DNA of 64,000 bases from Epiperipatus broadwayi (Eukaryota > Animalia > Onychophora): positions 16,926,001 through 16,990,000 of the forward strand of contig JAQFVV010000001.1 of assembly GCA_028023455.1 (NCBI GenBank). The letters run 5' to 3'. The position numbers were made by a program, and so were the translations under genes. The first letter of the stretch is position 1; each line of letters starts with the position of its first letter. Below the pieces are notes generated by a model, which searched no databases, was not told where the DNA came from, and saw only the letters and a program-made list of their open reading frames with translations. This document shows positions 38,011 to 51,596 of this stretch, in pieces.

Positions 38011-39219
38011 CACCTGGGTCTCATTTTATGTGGTAGATAGGTTCCACAGAAAACCCGCATTAAAAAAATCACACAAAAATAGACTTAACTTACCTTGAAA
38101 AATGGGGGATATGTTCTGTAATTTTTAGAAATCACATAAAAGCAAAGCAATAAGAAAAAATTATTTTAAAATTCACATTAAAAAAATAAGAAAATAAAGT
38201 ATGACAAATAAAAAATATCAAATATTTGAAAAAAATTGATACAAGACAAACTTCTTTTACCTTTTTTTATTAACTACAGTATTTAATTTTACATTTTTTC
38301 ACACATATTTTAATCATTATTGCTATTTGACAATATGGGGTTCATTTGTAAATTGGTAAGAAATCAGATTTATCACAAGAGGAAGTGCAACTAGTGCCAC
38401 TTTCAGTCTTGTACTGTGTTAATGGTTTTCTGTTGACAATATAATCGGTGATTAAATTTTGAGATGATGATTTTACTAATTGTTTATAAAACTCATGATA
38501 TTCAGACATATAACTAATTTAGATCTCATTGAAGTTTAAGAGGTTGTTCATTGCAGCAAACTGTCTCAGATTTCAGCATTTTCTGACATTTTTCTTTGTC
38601 TCACACATCAATGTAAAATCTATGATTAAATGATTAATACTTATCAGAAAATAATACATTTGTCTTCATTTGATATATATTTGTGTTTAGTACTGAAATA
38701 AATTTTAAATGTTCACATTTTGTTTATATATTAAAAAATGAGATCACGATCAAAACAAAAAGATTATACATTATTGATAGAAAGATTATTTTCAGTTTAT
38801 AAAACTTCATTATTTATTTTAAAATTCTAAAAGAATGTTTATTTCTGTTATATCTAATAAAATATGTTTTAAAAGTTTAAAATTTTTGAATATTTATTAC
38901 AATATTTTTATATTCATAAGTATAAATCTATTATTATTATTTTCTCATAAGTATAAGTAGATTATTTATGTAGAAGCTATGATTCTAAATACAGCTTCAG
39001 GCCATATTCACATTAGCTGCTAATACTTTTGAAAAAAAAGTATTTCAAGTCAAAATAAGTTATTAATAATTTAAATTTCTTGATATCTAAGAAATATAGT
39101 GAAATATGAATCTCTTTATCACATAAAAGAAAACCCACATACAAAGATATTAAGAAAAAACATGAATCACATAACTTCAAAATCACATTAAAAAATCTGC
39201 ATAAAATGAGACCCAGGTA
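38011..39219 (-). mobile_element. Tc1/mariner-superfamily (pogo/Tigger-like) defective element
   Basis: 20-bp TIR CACCTGGGTCTCATTTTATG (one mismatch), TA on both sides. The minus strand reads EYHEFYKQLVKSSSQNLITDY, similar to pogo/Tigger transposase C-termini. Confidence 0.7.
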
Positions 39220-40382
39220 TATAAGCAAATAATCAAGAATCATTAGCAATGTAGGAGATATTTGTGAGATTAAATGAAGAAATACATATTTAGATAATCG
39301 GGGATTATAATTAATTAAAATGGTATCATTGTATACTTATGTAGAATAATAGTAAAATAAAAAAAAATCATAGTAATACTTAGCTTTGTTTGGGTTTGAG
39401 ATTAGCTTAATTTTAGTGATAATAGTAATTGAACCAAAGAATCATTAAAGAAGGAAAAAATAGAGTAGATAAAAGTAAAACATTATTTTCAAGAACCTGT
39501 GCTTATTTGAAGTTAATTCAATTATTCCACTTCAAATACTACAAATAATGCATTAACCCATTTTACAACAATTGATTGTTAAAGTTTGAGGTCTTAAAAC
39601 CATGTAAAAGATATTAATAATTTTTATTAGTCACTCATTAGACTAGAGATTATCCAATAATGAATATTATTTACCTAAAATACATATTTTATATATAAAG
39701 TTCTATATATAAAATTTGTAATACAAGCTCATTAAATTAGATCATGTGACATCTGACTTGATTTTTTTTTTGAAAGGCATATTTTCACAATGAGAATTGC
39801 TTTATTATATATACACATCCACATAGTGGCTATTTTATGCAGTCATCTACTATGACTATAATCTTGTCATTTTAAAATAAATTTGTATCAAAAATTGAGA
39901 TTTTTTTTTGTTATAGAAAGATTAAATCAAATAACTCAGAAGACAAAAAACAATGACAACAACAAATTGATAAAATAGGTATGCAAACATCATTTTAATA
40001 TTACATTGAAGGCTACAAACTTTCCAACAGTCTTTCAAAAAGTAAAAGTGAAAGTGTTATCCACTAGACTTCCTAATTATTGAATGCTTGTTTCCTTCTT
40101 TATTAAATTACCTACTCATTTAATGAAATAATTTAATAGTTCATTAAATCAATTATAAGACAGTTATTGGAAGAAAAAAAATCCGTTTCTTTCAGTTCTA
40201 GAATCCCATATAAAAATAAATAACGGAATAGTTTATGCTTGAAGTTCATTAAAAGATCGAACACGGAAATGACTGAGCTGGTTTCGCGATTTATGGATCT
40301 TAAGTTCCAAATTCAATCATTCGACAATTGCACTACATCATGCAGGATGAGTCACTTGTAAAGAAAATATACACATTCTTTT

Positions 40383-40491
40383 GTCAAGCTTTGGTGGTCG
40401 AGAGGTCAGCGCGGCTGCCTTACAAGCAGTTGTCCCGGATTAGCAGATTCGCTTCCCGGCCGATGCTATGACACATGGGGGAAAAAAAAAG
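40383..40491 (+). mobile_element. Short tRNA-Gly-derived SINE with A-tail and 14-bp TSD
   Basis: tRNA-Gly-like head (anticodon loop CTTACAA), G5A9 tail, exact TSD ATACACATTCTTTT (40369-40382, 40492-40505). Shares TTCGCTTCCC and the GCT(A/T)TGACA(C/T)AT end with 3254-3333. Confidence 0.85.
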
Positions 40492-41313
40492 ATACACATT
40501 CTTTTACATTTAACAAACGGTAAGCAAAAAGAAAAAAATTTCTTTGGAAGATATGAAAAATCTATTATCAGATAAAAGATTTATGATACCGATGATAATT
40601 ATATATATATATATAGCATTACATAAGGCTGGTTTTTGTGTACAAACTTAAACACGCACATCTATACATTTTTTAAAATTGTGTAAACATAGAACCCACA
40701 CAAACTATATATCTATTTTTTATCCGTATATTTAAATTACAAAATTTGATCACGTGCACAGAGTTGTGATAAAATTAAAACAAGTTTTATATAAAAATTA
40801 TTATTAGTTATTAAAAAAATATCATTGGAAATGTGAAAGCTTTTTTTAGATAATTCAGATGTTGAACATTATGTATTTTTGGCAGTGATCTGGCTTTATA
40901 ACTAAATATAAACTTGCTGATTGATATTTTTTATATTACTAATGTTTAAATATCTTCTTTTGTGGAATAAATATATTTATCAAATAAATGTAAGTTGAAT
41001 GTTTATAATTACCAGACATTGACATGAAAAAAGTTTAATGACTTATTTGATATAAATATTTTTTTTTAAAGTATACAAATATATTTTATTGTCATATATC
41101 TGTGTTCCATTACTGCACATATAAAAATATATGCAAAGTAAAATAAACTTTACCAAAGCCACTGCTTGGCAAAATGATCTCTATATCTTTCCACACATAA
41201 ATATAATGAGAAAGCAATCCTCATCATCAATTGTCAGTTGGTGAAGGATTTTATTGTTATCCATTTTTGTTTTATTTTTTAGATAATAATAGAAAAACAC
41301 ATACACATATATA

Positions 41314-41762
41314 TGTACACAAAGTGAATAAATCACTCTTCCCCAGGCTATGAATTAAAAACACTCTAAATATTGAACAAAGGATCAAGAATAGAATAAA
41401 CACACGTTTTTTTTGGAATTCTGATGTTTATAAGCATACCTTTGTTAATACTAGTGATAATTCAGAGGCAAATTAATTTACCAGCTAGTTGAAATATGAT
41501 TCCTAAGAATTATTAAACTTATAATCAAATATACAAGGCTGGAACTGAGTCTCACTTTTAACATCTTTATTGTAATAATTAAATAAAGTTTAATATGTAT
41601 ACTTTAAATAAAACATAGCACTCAATGTTAACAAAGATATGGTTACAAAAGTCAGAACTTCAAAGAATAGATGGATTCATTCTATTCTTGAACATTTGTT
41701 CGACATTTAAATTGCTTTTGATTGATAGCCTGGGAAAGAGTGATTTATTTTCTTTGTTTACA
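41314..41762. mobile_element. MITE-like element with ~145-bp imperfect TIRs in a (TA)n context (family E)
   Basis: 41314-41457 is the reverse complement of 41620-41762; another partial copy lies at ~43988-44291. Confidence 0.65.
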
Positions 41763-41809
41763 TATATATATATACAGCTATGTTTAATTTTAAAACAAAT
41801 TTATTAATG

Positions 41810-43935
41810 CAAAACAATTGATACATGATTATATTGAATACATTATATCCTTGGAATAAATATTAAATTGGTCATCTAGTCCTTTCACAAAGACTATTTT
41901 CCCTATGAAGATGTATATAAATTCATTTGATCTAGTCTATTCCATGTAGTGTATCAAAAGGTTTCTAAAACAAATTCTTCAATGCAAAAGCAATCAGTAC
42001 ATATCTATATTGAATTCATTATATCTTTGAGTAAAATGTAAATTATCATCTAGTTTTGAACAAAGTTTACTTTCCTTATGAAGATACATGTAAGACCATT
42101 TGCTCCAGTCTATTCAAGTGGAATATTAAAAAGCTTCCATGTCTTCTCATAGAGGAATTTTGTGACCAAGGTTTTGTCTCTTTTATTTTCCTAATCACAT
42201 TGAGGAAGAGATGATCTTCTTCTGGTTGGGTTAAGTATAATTTGCCACACCTGACAAGCCAGATTGAGTAGGTAAGAAAAACAGATAACCTTATAATAGG
42301 AATGTCTCTGCCATGGATGCACTCTTTGAGATCCATGATTTGATAATAGTCTATAACTGAATTATTATATATGAAGCTTTTAGCATTTCCAAGCCCAAAG
42401 CACGACTTTATAACATGCTCAAACATTTCATCATATCACTGGCAATTCAAGCATATTGGTTCCACTTTGGTAATTAGCTTTCTATACCTAAGAAACCAAT
42501 TTGTTGGCATAGCATTTAAATTGATCTTGATAATAAAGTCCAGGTATTTTGGCTCAAGCACCCAGAACTTAAACAAAGTAATTATTTTTTTGTTTGACAA
42601 GCAGAGTTGTGGCTTAATAGGGAATAGGTCCAGGCTTATGATGCAATATGCATCCCACATTTTAATTTTTCTTTGGAATGATGATTCTGTATTCTGATTT
42701 TGACATATTAGAGTGCTTATTAGTTGGTCAAGCCACCATATTTTCCGAGTTGGAGGCCGATCAGTTGGCTGAATTATTTCTGTAATCTGACCATGGCTAT
42801 ATTGTTGGATCAGATTATATATTAGAGTGTGAGATTTTTGGTGTAAAATGGCTGGAATGGAGTGAAGTGACATACCATTTAACTTTTTTGGTTTTTGCAT
42901 TTTACTAATACTTATGGCAATGATATGGCCCTTCTAGAAGAGCCTTGAGTATAGTTTATTGATTTGTTTAATAAATGTTTTGGTTACAGTCATAACTGGA
43001 AGGAAATATGAAATTTTACTAAGATTTTCATGTTCAGTAGGGCCAATTTCCCCTGAAGGAAAAGATAGACCCAGTGAGTGTCTGAGTAATCTTATCTGCA
43101 GAATTCAGGATCTTGACTTGAAGTTTCTTGGACATTGCAGCCTGAGATTTACAGATTGAAAAGCCCAGAAACCTCTTAGGTGCTGCTTTAAATCTTGAGT
43201 TAACTTTCTTTTCAGAGTATATAACTCAGGTAGATGATTTAACTGGGCTTATTTTTAATTCTGTTAGACTAGTGAACTTATCCAACAGTATAGAGACTGT
43301 TAAGATGCTTCTCTGAAGGGAGAACAACCAACACATCATCCATATAAGCTATTGTGTGGATAGTTCTTTTTAATCTGGGAATGTAAATGCCAGGAAGTGT
43401 AACACCTATTTCCTTTAAGAGAGGATTAATTTAGCATGTAAACAGTAGGGCACTGAGAGGAGAACCTTGTGGAATAGAAATATTTGGTACAAAACTATCT
43501 GCGTGTAATCCATTGAGATATATATGGATCTCTCTATTGTATAAAAGGTATATAAATGATTTCAGAGGGGATGTCAAGGCCTTTAGCATATTTAGGAGAG
43601 TGTTGATGTTAACCGAGTTGAATGCCTCGGTTATATCCAACTGGACAGCAATCACTTTGGACTTTCTGTTAGTTCTTATATAGTCCAATAGAATTTTTGC
43701 TTCTCCAATTGCTGCAAGTGCTGATGACCCTTTTTTGGCATACTGAGATGGTACAATGTGGTTTAAAATTTTTGATTGAATCTTATCCTTGACAACACTT
43801 TCTATGATCTTAATAAGAAGGGGTGACATTGAGATCAGTCTGATATTAATGTCAGTTGAATCTTAATCTTTCTTCATGAAAGGCACCAAGGCTAACTGGA
43901 TATAGGTTTTTAATAGTTCTTTGCTGCTTTGCAAG
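41810..43935 (-). mobile_element. Decayed L1/Tx1-like LINE, copy 3, with tandemly duplicated 3' end
   Basis: ORFs 43431..43829 (QLDITEAFN, IPQGSPLSALLF), AYMDD at ~43345, 42436..42900 (QPTDRPP) and 42076..42426 (EHVIKSC, SIWLVR). ~175-bp duplication 41810-41985 / 41985-42140. Confidence 0.85.
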
Positions 43936-43987
43936 ATAATTTATCATTCCCATAATTATATGAACAGAAAAATTGTTGAGATGGAAG

Positions 43988-44291
43988 AGCTATGTTTAAT
44001 TTAAACTTTACATAAATATTTAATTATTATAATGAAAGTTTTAAGAGCGAAATTCTGTCTCCAGTCTTATATAATTGATTATGAGTTTAATAAATCTTAA
44101 GTGTCACATTCTATCTGACTAGTAAATTAATTTCTCTCTAAATTACCAACAGTGTTGATAAAGGTATGCTTATAAACATGAGAGTTTCAAAGAATAGATA
44201 GATAGATTCTATTCTTCATTCTTCGTTCAACATTTAGAGTGCTTTTGATTCATAGGCTGGAAAAGTTTGATTTACTCTCTTTGTTTACATA
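43988..44291. mobile_element. Family E partial copy
   Basis: Reverse complement of ~41314-41620. Confidence 0.65.
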
Positions 44292-44331
44292 TAATTGATA
44301 TATGTGTAATTTAAAGTTTCTATATGTATAT

Positions 44332-44576
44332 ATAATCAAAACATTCTGGAATAAATCTACAATATTCAATATATCAATATAAAATAGCAATAGTAGCTAT
44401 AGCCAGTCTATGGCAGTGTACACCATCACAAACCATATATTCAATATACCAATATAAGAAAATTAATAATAGTTATAGCCATGGCATATATTGTTGTAAG
44501 TTGGCTATAGTTATTATTGATTTTTTTTATTAGTAGATTGAATATTGCAGAGTTTATTCCAGAGTATTTTGATTAT
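44332..44576. mobile_element. MITE-like palindrome (~70-bp arms)
   Basis: AATCAAAACATTCTGGAATAAA...TAGCTATAGCCA vs TGGCTATAGTTA...TTTATTCCAGAGTATTTTGATT, plus an internal direct repeat of part of the arm. Confidence 0.65.
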
Positions 44577-45689
44577 TGTATTTATTTTATCTGATTTTAC
44601 ACACACACACACACACACACATAAAGAGATTTTATCCTTCTAAACAGATTAACTTTTTGCTCTGAAGTTACCAGAAAACTATCAATTACTAATTGACAAT
44701 CTTCCTGAGGCTAAATATTTTTTTATTAACTTATAGCTATTATAGGCTAATGGAGAAAATTTATTTAGCCTTAGGGATATCATCAATTAATAGTAATTGA
44801 TAGTTTCCTATTTATAAGTTAATGTAGAAAACTTATTTAGCCTAAGGGAGATTTTCAATTGGTAGTAATTTATAGTTTACTGACAACAGCAAAGGTAAAT
44901 GTTATTTGTTTACATGGATATCTTATTTCTGTTCTTTATTAGAATAACAATCCATAGAAAATATTCAGTTATTTGGCAAATAATTAAGACTTGAATATAT
45001 GCTTACATTTAATTATAGTGAATGTTGATTATTTATTTAAGGTAATCTATTGAAAAACAAAAGCACTCTTTTCTGTTCATAAAATAAGCCAGATGCCAAT
45101 TTTAATGTGATGAAAGTTTTATGGTTTTTCATTTTTATCCCAGCTTTAGTTAGGTATCAGTTTGCTGACCAATAATGAATATACAATTGCATTGGATATG
45201 GATCAACTACTTTGAAAGAAAATTTAAATTGAGTTGAAATTTGGAAAATTTTCCAATTTATATAACATCTAGATTCAGACTTTGAGTCATGGTTTTGCCT
45301 GATGAATGTGTTAATTGTTACTAGATCATTTAATGTATATGTATTGAGTTCGACTATTATAAAAAATAAATGGTGCTTTTACTAGTATTGAATATCTATA
45401 GAAGATAAAAGGTAATTTTGTTGTGAAAAATTACAAGTTTAATTTTGAAAATATTATAAATGGTAACATTGTTTATGAAATTAGGCAGATTTAATGTGTT
45501 TAATAATTGGCCAGAGAAAAGTGAATTAACAGAAAATTAACTACCAGCTAACTACCACCATCAACAAATTAGAACAAAGTTAAATTATTGTATCACCTAT
45601 AAACATTCATATAGCATCTATTTACTAAAGCTTATACTAGGTGATATAAATGTAGTGAGATGATTAATAAAAGTTAGATTTTACTATTT

Positions 45690-45845
45690 TTCTTAATATA
45701 TGGACCACATATGAGAAGAATGGATGAAATAAAAAATGTGTATTGTGTGGAAAAGAGAAACTAGAGATCTGAGAAGATGGATTGAACTTGGAAAGACCTT
45801 CATTCTGCAGAGGATTGATAATGATTGAAATGATGATGATGATGG
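45690..45845 (+). mobile_element. RTE-like LINE 3' end with (GAT)n tail
   Basis: HMRRMDE...WKDL followed by TGATGATGATGATG. Confidence 0.5.
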
Positions 45846-46394
45846 ACATACTAATTAATCTTAATGAATAGCCACTTTATTTATTAAAAAAAGAAAATGC
45901 ATTTATTATTTTAAAAAATATTTAAAAAAACCTGAACATTATTATTACTGCAGGTAATCCATAGAAAAAATATGAAGTTAAACTGAAATAAATTTAAATG
46001 AATTAAAACGTAACAACTAAGCAAGTTCTTCTAGGACTGATTAAAAAAAAGTGATAAGAAAAGATTTTGCTTAATTATTAAAAATTATTTAAGTTAAAAT
46101 AGTGTGTGCAGTAAGAATGCAGTAAGAAAACATGTTTTTTTTTTAGTTTGTAAGAATTATAAATATTTACAAGCGTATGAGTAAAAACGAGATATATAAT
46201 ACAATCAAATTAAATACCCGCTTGTTAATAAAAATTAAGTACCAGAATTCAAAAAAGTTTTTTAGCTACTTTTTAAAAATAATTAATGATTTCGAAATTT
46301 TAATTTTAATATTTGGCTAATTATATTGTCTGTGAAAGATTTTGTATTTAATATTGAATTATTAAAACGTACATAACAATAGAAATATAATATA

Positions 46395-48660
46395 TCCTTT
46401 GCGGTTTCATCTTAGCATTTATAGAGTTTGGATGAAAGTCTATCAAATTTTAAGCTAATTTTTATAAGTCATAGATTTTTCCTCATTTTACTCTAGTAAC
46501 CTATTTTATCTCATTCATTCAAATCACATGCTGTCCTTTTCTAAGTCTTCAGTACTCTATTGGGATCCGATTTCAAATTTCAGTTATAGATCTATCTTCA
46601 TCTCTTTTTGCAGCATGTTCAAAAATGTCCATTTTAGCTTCTTAATTTTTTCAATATCAATAATACCATTACTTTTTCCGACAATATCTCTCTGTTATTT
46701 TTAACTCTCCAAATTTCACTACTTTATATGAAGACACTATATAGTTGTTGTTTTTTAAATTAAGTGTTTAAGTCTGAGATGTATAATGTTTGGTGAAATA
46801 AATTTATTAAAAACCTTTCTCTCAAGCATGTAAACATATTTATGTTAGTGTTAGATTATTATTCCCTAAAACACATCAAATTTAATTCTTATGATTAATA
46901 TTAATCATATCATTATCTGTATTGATGCTCTAAGACATTTATAGTTGATACATTTTTCTAATTCATTATTATCAGTCTTTATTTTTTTTTTTTAAAAAGT
47001 TTATCTTCAACTATTTTTTTTTCATTTGATAGCTCATGTATCATTTTCTGAAACTCTGAAGCATTATTTAAAATATATATTTTCTATAAATTTTAAATGA
47101 CAAGTAATTTTTACTTATTTCTTTTTTCTCTTTTTAAGCACAAAATTACTTTATCACATGTTCTTATTATTAGTTTTATATAATCTAACGACTGCTTTGC
47201 ATTTTTAGTATATATCAGATATAGTCTTGGATATTTCTAAGCTTTGATCATCATTAAAGCACTTTTTTTTTGTAACCTAAAAATTTAATGCAAAATGCTA
47301 ACTCATCTTATTGATATTTTTAAATTTTTTCTTAATATTTAGGGCATGATTTATTGGCTAAAACATTTCAAGCACACAACTTGTTGTTTTGAGTTTTCTG
47401 AAGAAACGTTTTAATGATCTTAATAAAATTTACCTAAAATTGACAAAAGTTTGATATAATTTATAATTAATAGTAACTTTTTTTTTATTTGTTCTACTAA
47501 CAATATCATTGTTATGTTTTTTCAATCGTGATATATTTTATTATTTAGATATTTACAAAATAATTTATTTATTCCCTTCTTTTAAAATGTCATAATAATT
47601 TATTATTTTTTGGAACTTTTTCATTTTTTACAAATGTACTCTTTCATTTAACTGTCTTTGAGTTCTAAAATATAGTAAATGTAAGAGCTAATTTCTTTTT
47701 CTATTTATTTTTTATTGTTATATAGCTTTTTTTTATTATAGAATTTTCTCTCAGACTTTATGATTTTATCACTATTTTTAATAATGCTTTTTTTAATGCC
47801 AAAATAACTTGCACTTCGAAATCAAAATAATGTTTTCTACTTTGAAAGTGCAGCAGTTTTTTGGGAACATTTCTTGCTGCTTCACTGTGGTGTTTCATAT
47901 GACAACATTAATAAACTCGTTTATTTATTATTTTACAATAATCTGAATATTCAATTACTCTAACTGGATCATTTAAAAATATTTTCCTCTTTTAATACAT
48001 TGTCTTATTTTATTTTAACTTTTTTTAAAGAGAGTTGCTGTTTTTTTGTACTATCAATTAGGATGTAGTTTTTATTTTTGTATCAGTTATCAGTTTTATT
48101 CATCTCATTCAAATGTAAGCCATCATCAAAGTAATTTTAAAATTATTTTCAAATTCTATTTAAATCGTTTGAAATATTTCAAGAAGTTACAAATATCAAC
48201 TATTATATTATCTTTTTATTAGCTTTTGTCTTTCTAGCTTTACAACAAACAATGAATTCTCTGTATTGAATTTGCTAAGCAAATTACTAGTCTTGACAAA
48301 CAAATTTTCTATTAGTCAAAACACAATAGAAAATGTCTATATCTTTATTTGATTGTTTCTATGTTTATTACTATTTCAGATTTTTTTTTCAAAAAAGGAA
48401 TTTCTAATATAGGTTCTCCCCCCCCCCCACCAAAAAAAAATTCCACAAGGATACTTGTCCTCTCTCATTGTTTCATTTATACATAGTTCTTTTATCTTTT
48501 AATTTTGTTTTTCAATATTAGTATAAATTTTTTTATACAATTTTAAAGTGCCATTTGGTCTGATTATAATCATTCCATACATTTTTTCACTTTTTCATTA
48601 TGATGAAATCATGTTAGGTCACAGATCTGAATTGTCTGTGTATTGGTAGTTTCTGTAACA
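46395..48660 (-). mobile_element. Decayed RTE-like LINE (APE endonuclease to 3' end)
   Basis: Minus-strand broken frames give KWHFKIV, CVLTNRKF, INHALNIK, CKAVVRL and IEKIKKLKWTF.HAAKRDEDR in canonical RTE order. Confidence 0.7.
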
Positions 48661-49929
48661 ATATATTGTAATGCTACAGGAAATATGGGGTTGTACCTGG
48701 AGTAATGGTCACCAGTACATGAGGCATTTGTAACTCTACAGAAAATTGGGGTTTAAACCATGAGAGATCTGAGGAATTGTATTTTTATCCTCAAGTTAAA
48801 AAAAAATTAATCTCAAAAGGGATAATCATAATAGATCACTTTGAGAGATCAGCACAGCTAATTATAATTTCACCAGCACTACCCAAAAGTATAAAGAATA
48901 CTCAAAAGAAATAATCATTCATCATCATGAATGATTAGCAATCAAAAATAAATCAACAATCAATCTTGTGACTAGATTTGAAATGGGTCTTCTGTAGATC
49001 AGGCTAACTATTGAGCCTTTGCCAGCTTGGGCAATTATTTAAATCATAGTTTGGATGCACACACTTAAGTGCTAATCATTAAGAATACAACCCCCAAAAA
49101 ATAATGCTGGGGTATTAAAACATGCTGATCATCATTAATACTCTGGCCACTTAGTACCATTAATGTATGGGCCAATTATAATCTTAATTTTTAATAGAGA
49201 CCAAACTAAATAAAATGTAGTGCATGGACCTTGAAGAATATCCTCTTTGCGCTAACCCAGGAATCATCATCATGATCATCTGGGTGCCCATACACTAAAT
49301 ATAATCTTGCCCATGCACTAAATATAACCCCCTTATTCCATATAGATGTTATGCACAAATGTAGCTTAAAAAGCAAGAACTCTATAATTTATTACTGTGA
49401 GCAAGCAGGAAATAAATAAATAAATTAGCTTATTATAAATAATCTTAATCAATTCACAGGCTTTCCCTACTTATAAATAAATAGCTTTATTGGGATCATC
49501 AAGAAAAAAAACTAAATCTTTGAATATAAGATGTCATGATATAAGGCCACACACAACACTTCATGAAACAGGAATTGGATAGAATAAAATTAAGACTAGA
49601 ATTAATAATTTTTTTTGAAAACAATTATTTGATATCTAATTGACAAAAAATGATATGATAGTAGATAATTTCAAACATCTATTTCATAAAAAAAAAGCAT
49701 TTCTATAAAATTACATTAACCAAATAATTAATTTTTATTTATGGATTAACTTTAAATTCATTTGGCTCTTTTTTTAAAATTTTTAAGAGTTTGTTAAACA
49801 TGTTCAAAAAAATCAAAAATAGCAATCTTTGATTCTACCCAGAGAGCAAATTGAGAGAAAAAAACATTACATTTATGAAACAAAAAAAATTTCTATTAAT
49901 AAAAAAAATAGTGTGCACACATAATAAAA

Positions 49930-50560
49930 AATACTTATAGCCATGGCTCTCTTGTTTATAAAGGCCTTTCCAGTTGCAATTTCAGTTTTTTCTAATGGAG
50001 TTTTTTCTTGAAAGCTTCTAAACATGAGTCTGGTCAAATTTGTCCTTTACTCAGGCTGTAACAATTCCAGGTAAATGAAAATAGCAATTTTTGTCCGTTC
50101 AGTTTTTCTCTTAAATTTCCAGGTGATACAGATGTAGACAGAGACTCATTGCTCTGGATTGAAGGCAAGGCTGCATACTGCTTAAAGAGGTTTTTACCTT
50201 TCCTAAATTTTCTTCCAGTGAAGGTAGATTACATGATGGAAAATGATGCAAAGCTTTTAGATCAACTTAGCACATGGTTTTTATTATACAAACCATTTTT
50301 AGTGCTAAACTCATGGTATGTTAAAATTTTGATACAAAAAGAACTGCTATTTTATTCAATAGTTTGGTATTCACTAGATTAAGCTTAGACTGCTCTCTCT
50401 TCACCAGCTAGGTTAGGAATAATTTTTTCTACTGTCTTTTTCAGTAGCAGAATTAAGATTTGACTGCTCTCTTCAACAGTTAAGTTAGCAATAATTTATT
50501 CTATTTTTTCAGTAGCAGAATTAAGATTTGATTACTCTCTTTAACAGCTAAGTTAGCAAT
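49930..50560 (-). mobile_element. Possible L1-like 3' relic including a ~69-bp tandem repeat (50385-50560)
   Basis: YAALPSIQSNES...KIAIFI resembles the zf-RVT region. About three copies of the repeat unit are directly visible. Confidence 0.35.
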
Positions 50561-51195
50561 AACCTCTCTCCAGACACTTGGTATAGTTACTAATTCACAC
50601 CCCCACATATTTTTTTAGAACAAACTTGCCCACAAGCCAATTACAATCTGTCTTTTACATTATTATTTTCATGACAATCAATTAAATAAAATTTTTTAAC
50701 TACAATTATTCAACTAATTATCTCCTTAATCATAGATTAAAATCAAGTTAAGAACAAGAATTTAACAACATAAAATTCTTAACATAATAAAAATCTAATC
50801 TTGCAGCAAAAAACAACAAGATAATCTGTTAATTGCATTGATTTGATTTTTTTTCATTTCATTAAATAGAGATAAAGAAAGGAAAACAACTCTGATGAAT
50901 TAAATTTTACAAAATTATTAAAATGCTATTTTTGCTCTTCCCTTTTTTTTATATTTTATTTTTTAAAAATATACTTAAATATATTTAATATTTGAAAATT
51001 TTCATACTATCATATAGGAATTTTACAATGATTGAGTTAAATAATGACTCTTTAATAAATGTAGGTCTAAGCAAATTTAAATATTATTTTCCCCCATTTA
51101 TTAATAATTTTTTTCTAATTCTCAAACCTAAGGAATAAGTTACCAACAATCTTATTATTATTATTTTTTAATGCAGCTATGTAACCAACTGGTTG

Positions 51196-51199
<4 letters not shown>

Positions 51200-51239
<40 letters not shown>

Positions 51240-51251
51240 CTAACCAGTATA

Positions 51252-51289
<38 letters not shown>

Positions 51290-51290
51290 C
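51200..51290. repeat. (TA)n microsatellites
   Basis: Directly visible. Confidence 0.97.
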
Positions 51291-51548
51291 AGTAGTATAT
51301 AGAGTTAGATCATTATACATGGGAAATTCAAGACTGTGTTTTAAGAAAATATATATATAAGCACAATCTACTGTATACAAAATTACAGTACTATGATAAT
51401 ATGGATAAATGAAATGTCAATTTCTGCAAAACATACAGTGAATTATATGTTGAATTATTTCCACTCACCATCTAACATTAAATATTAAATCTCCTTAGAA
51501 AACTCATTTATTCAAATTTTCTAATTACAATCAACTGATAATTATAGC

Positions 51549-51596
51549 ACACAGGTGTGTTTCAAATGGTAATACTCTCCACTCTTTCCAGGGGTT
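51549..51596 (-). ncRNA. Decayed family B hammerhead in the inverted pLTR
   Basis: Minus strand CTGGAAAG AGTGG-AGAGTATTA-CCATT T GAAA. Confidence 0.45.

Noticed and set aside
40390-40466. Functional tRNA-Val(TAC)
   Set aside because: Gly-type body, insertion in the T-arm, A-tail and TSD indicate a retroposed SINE.
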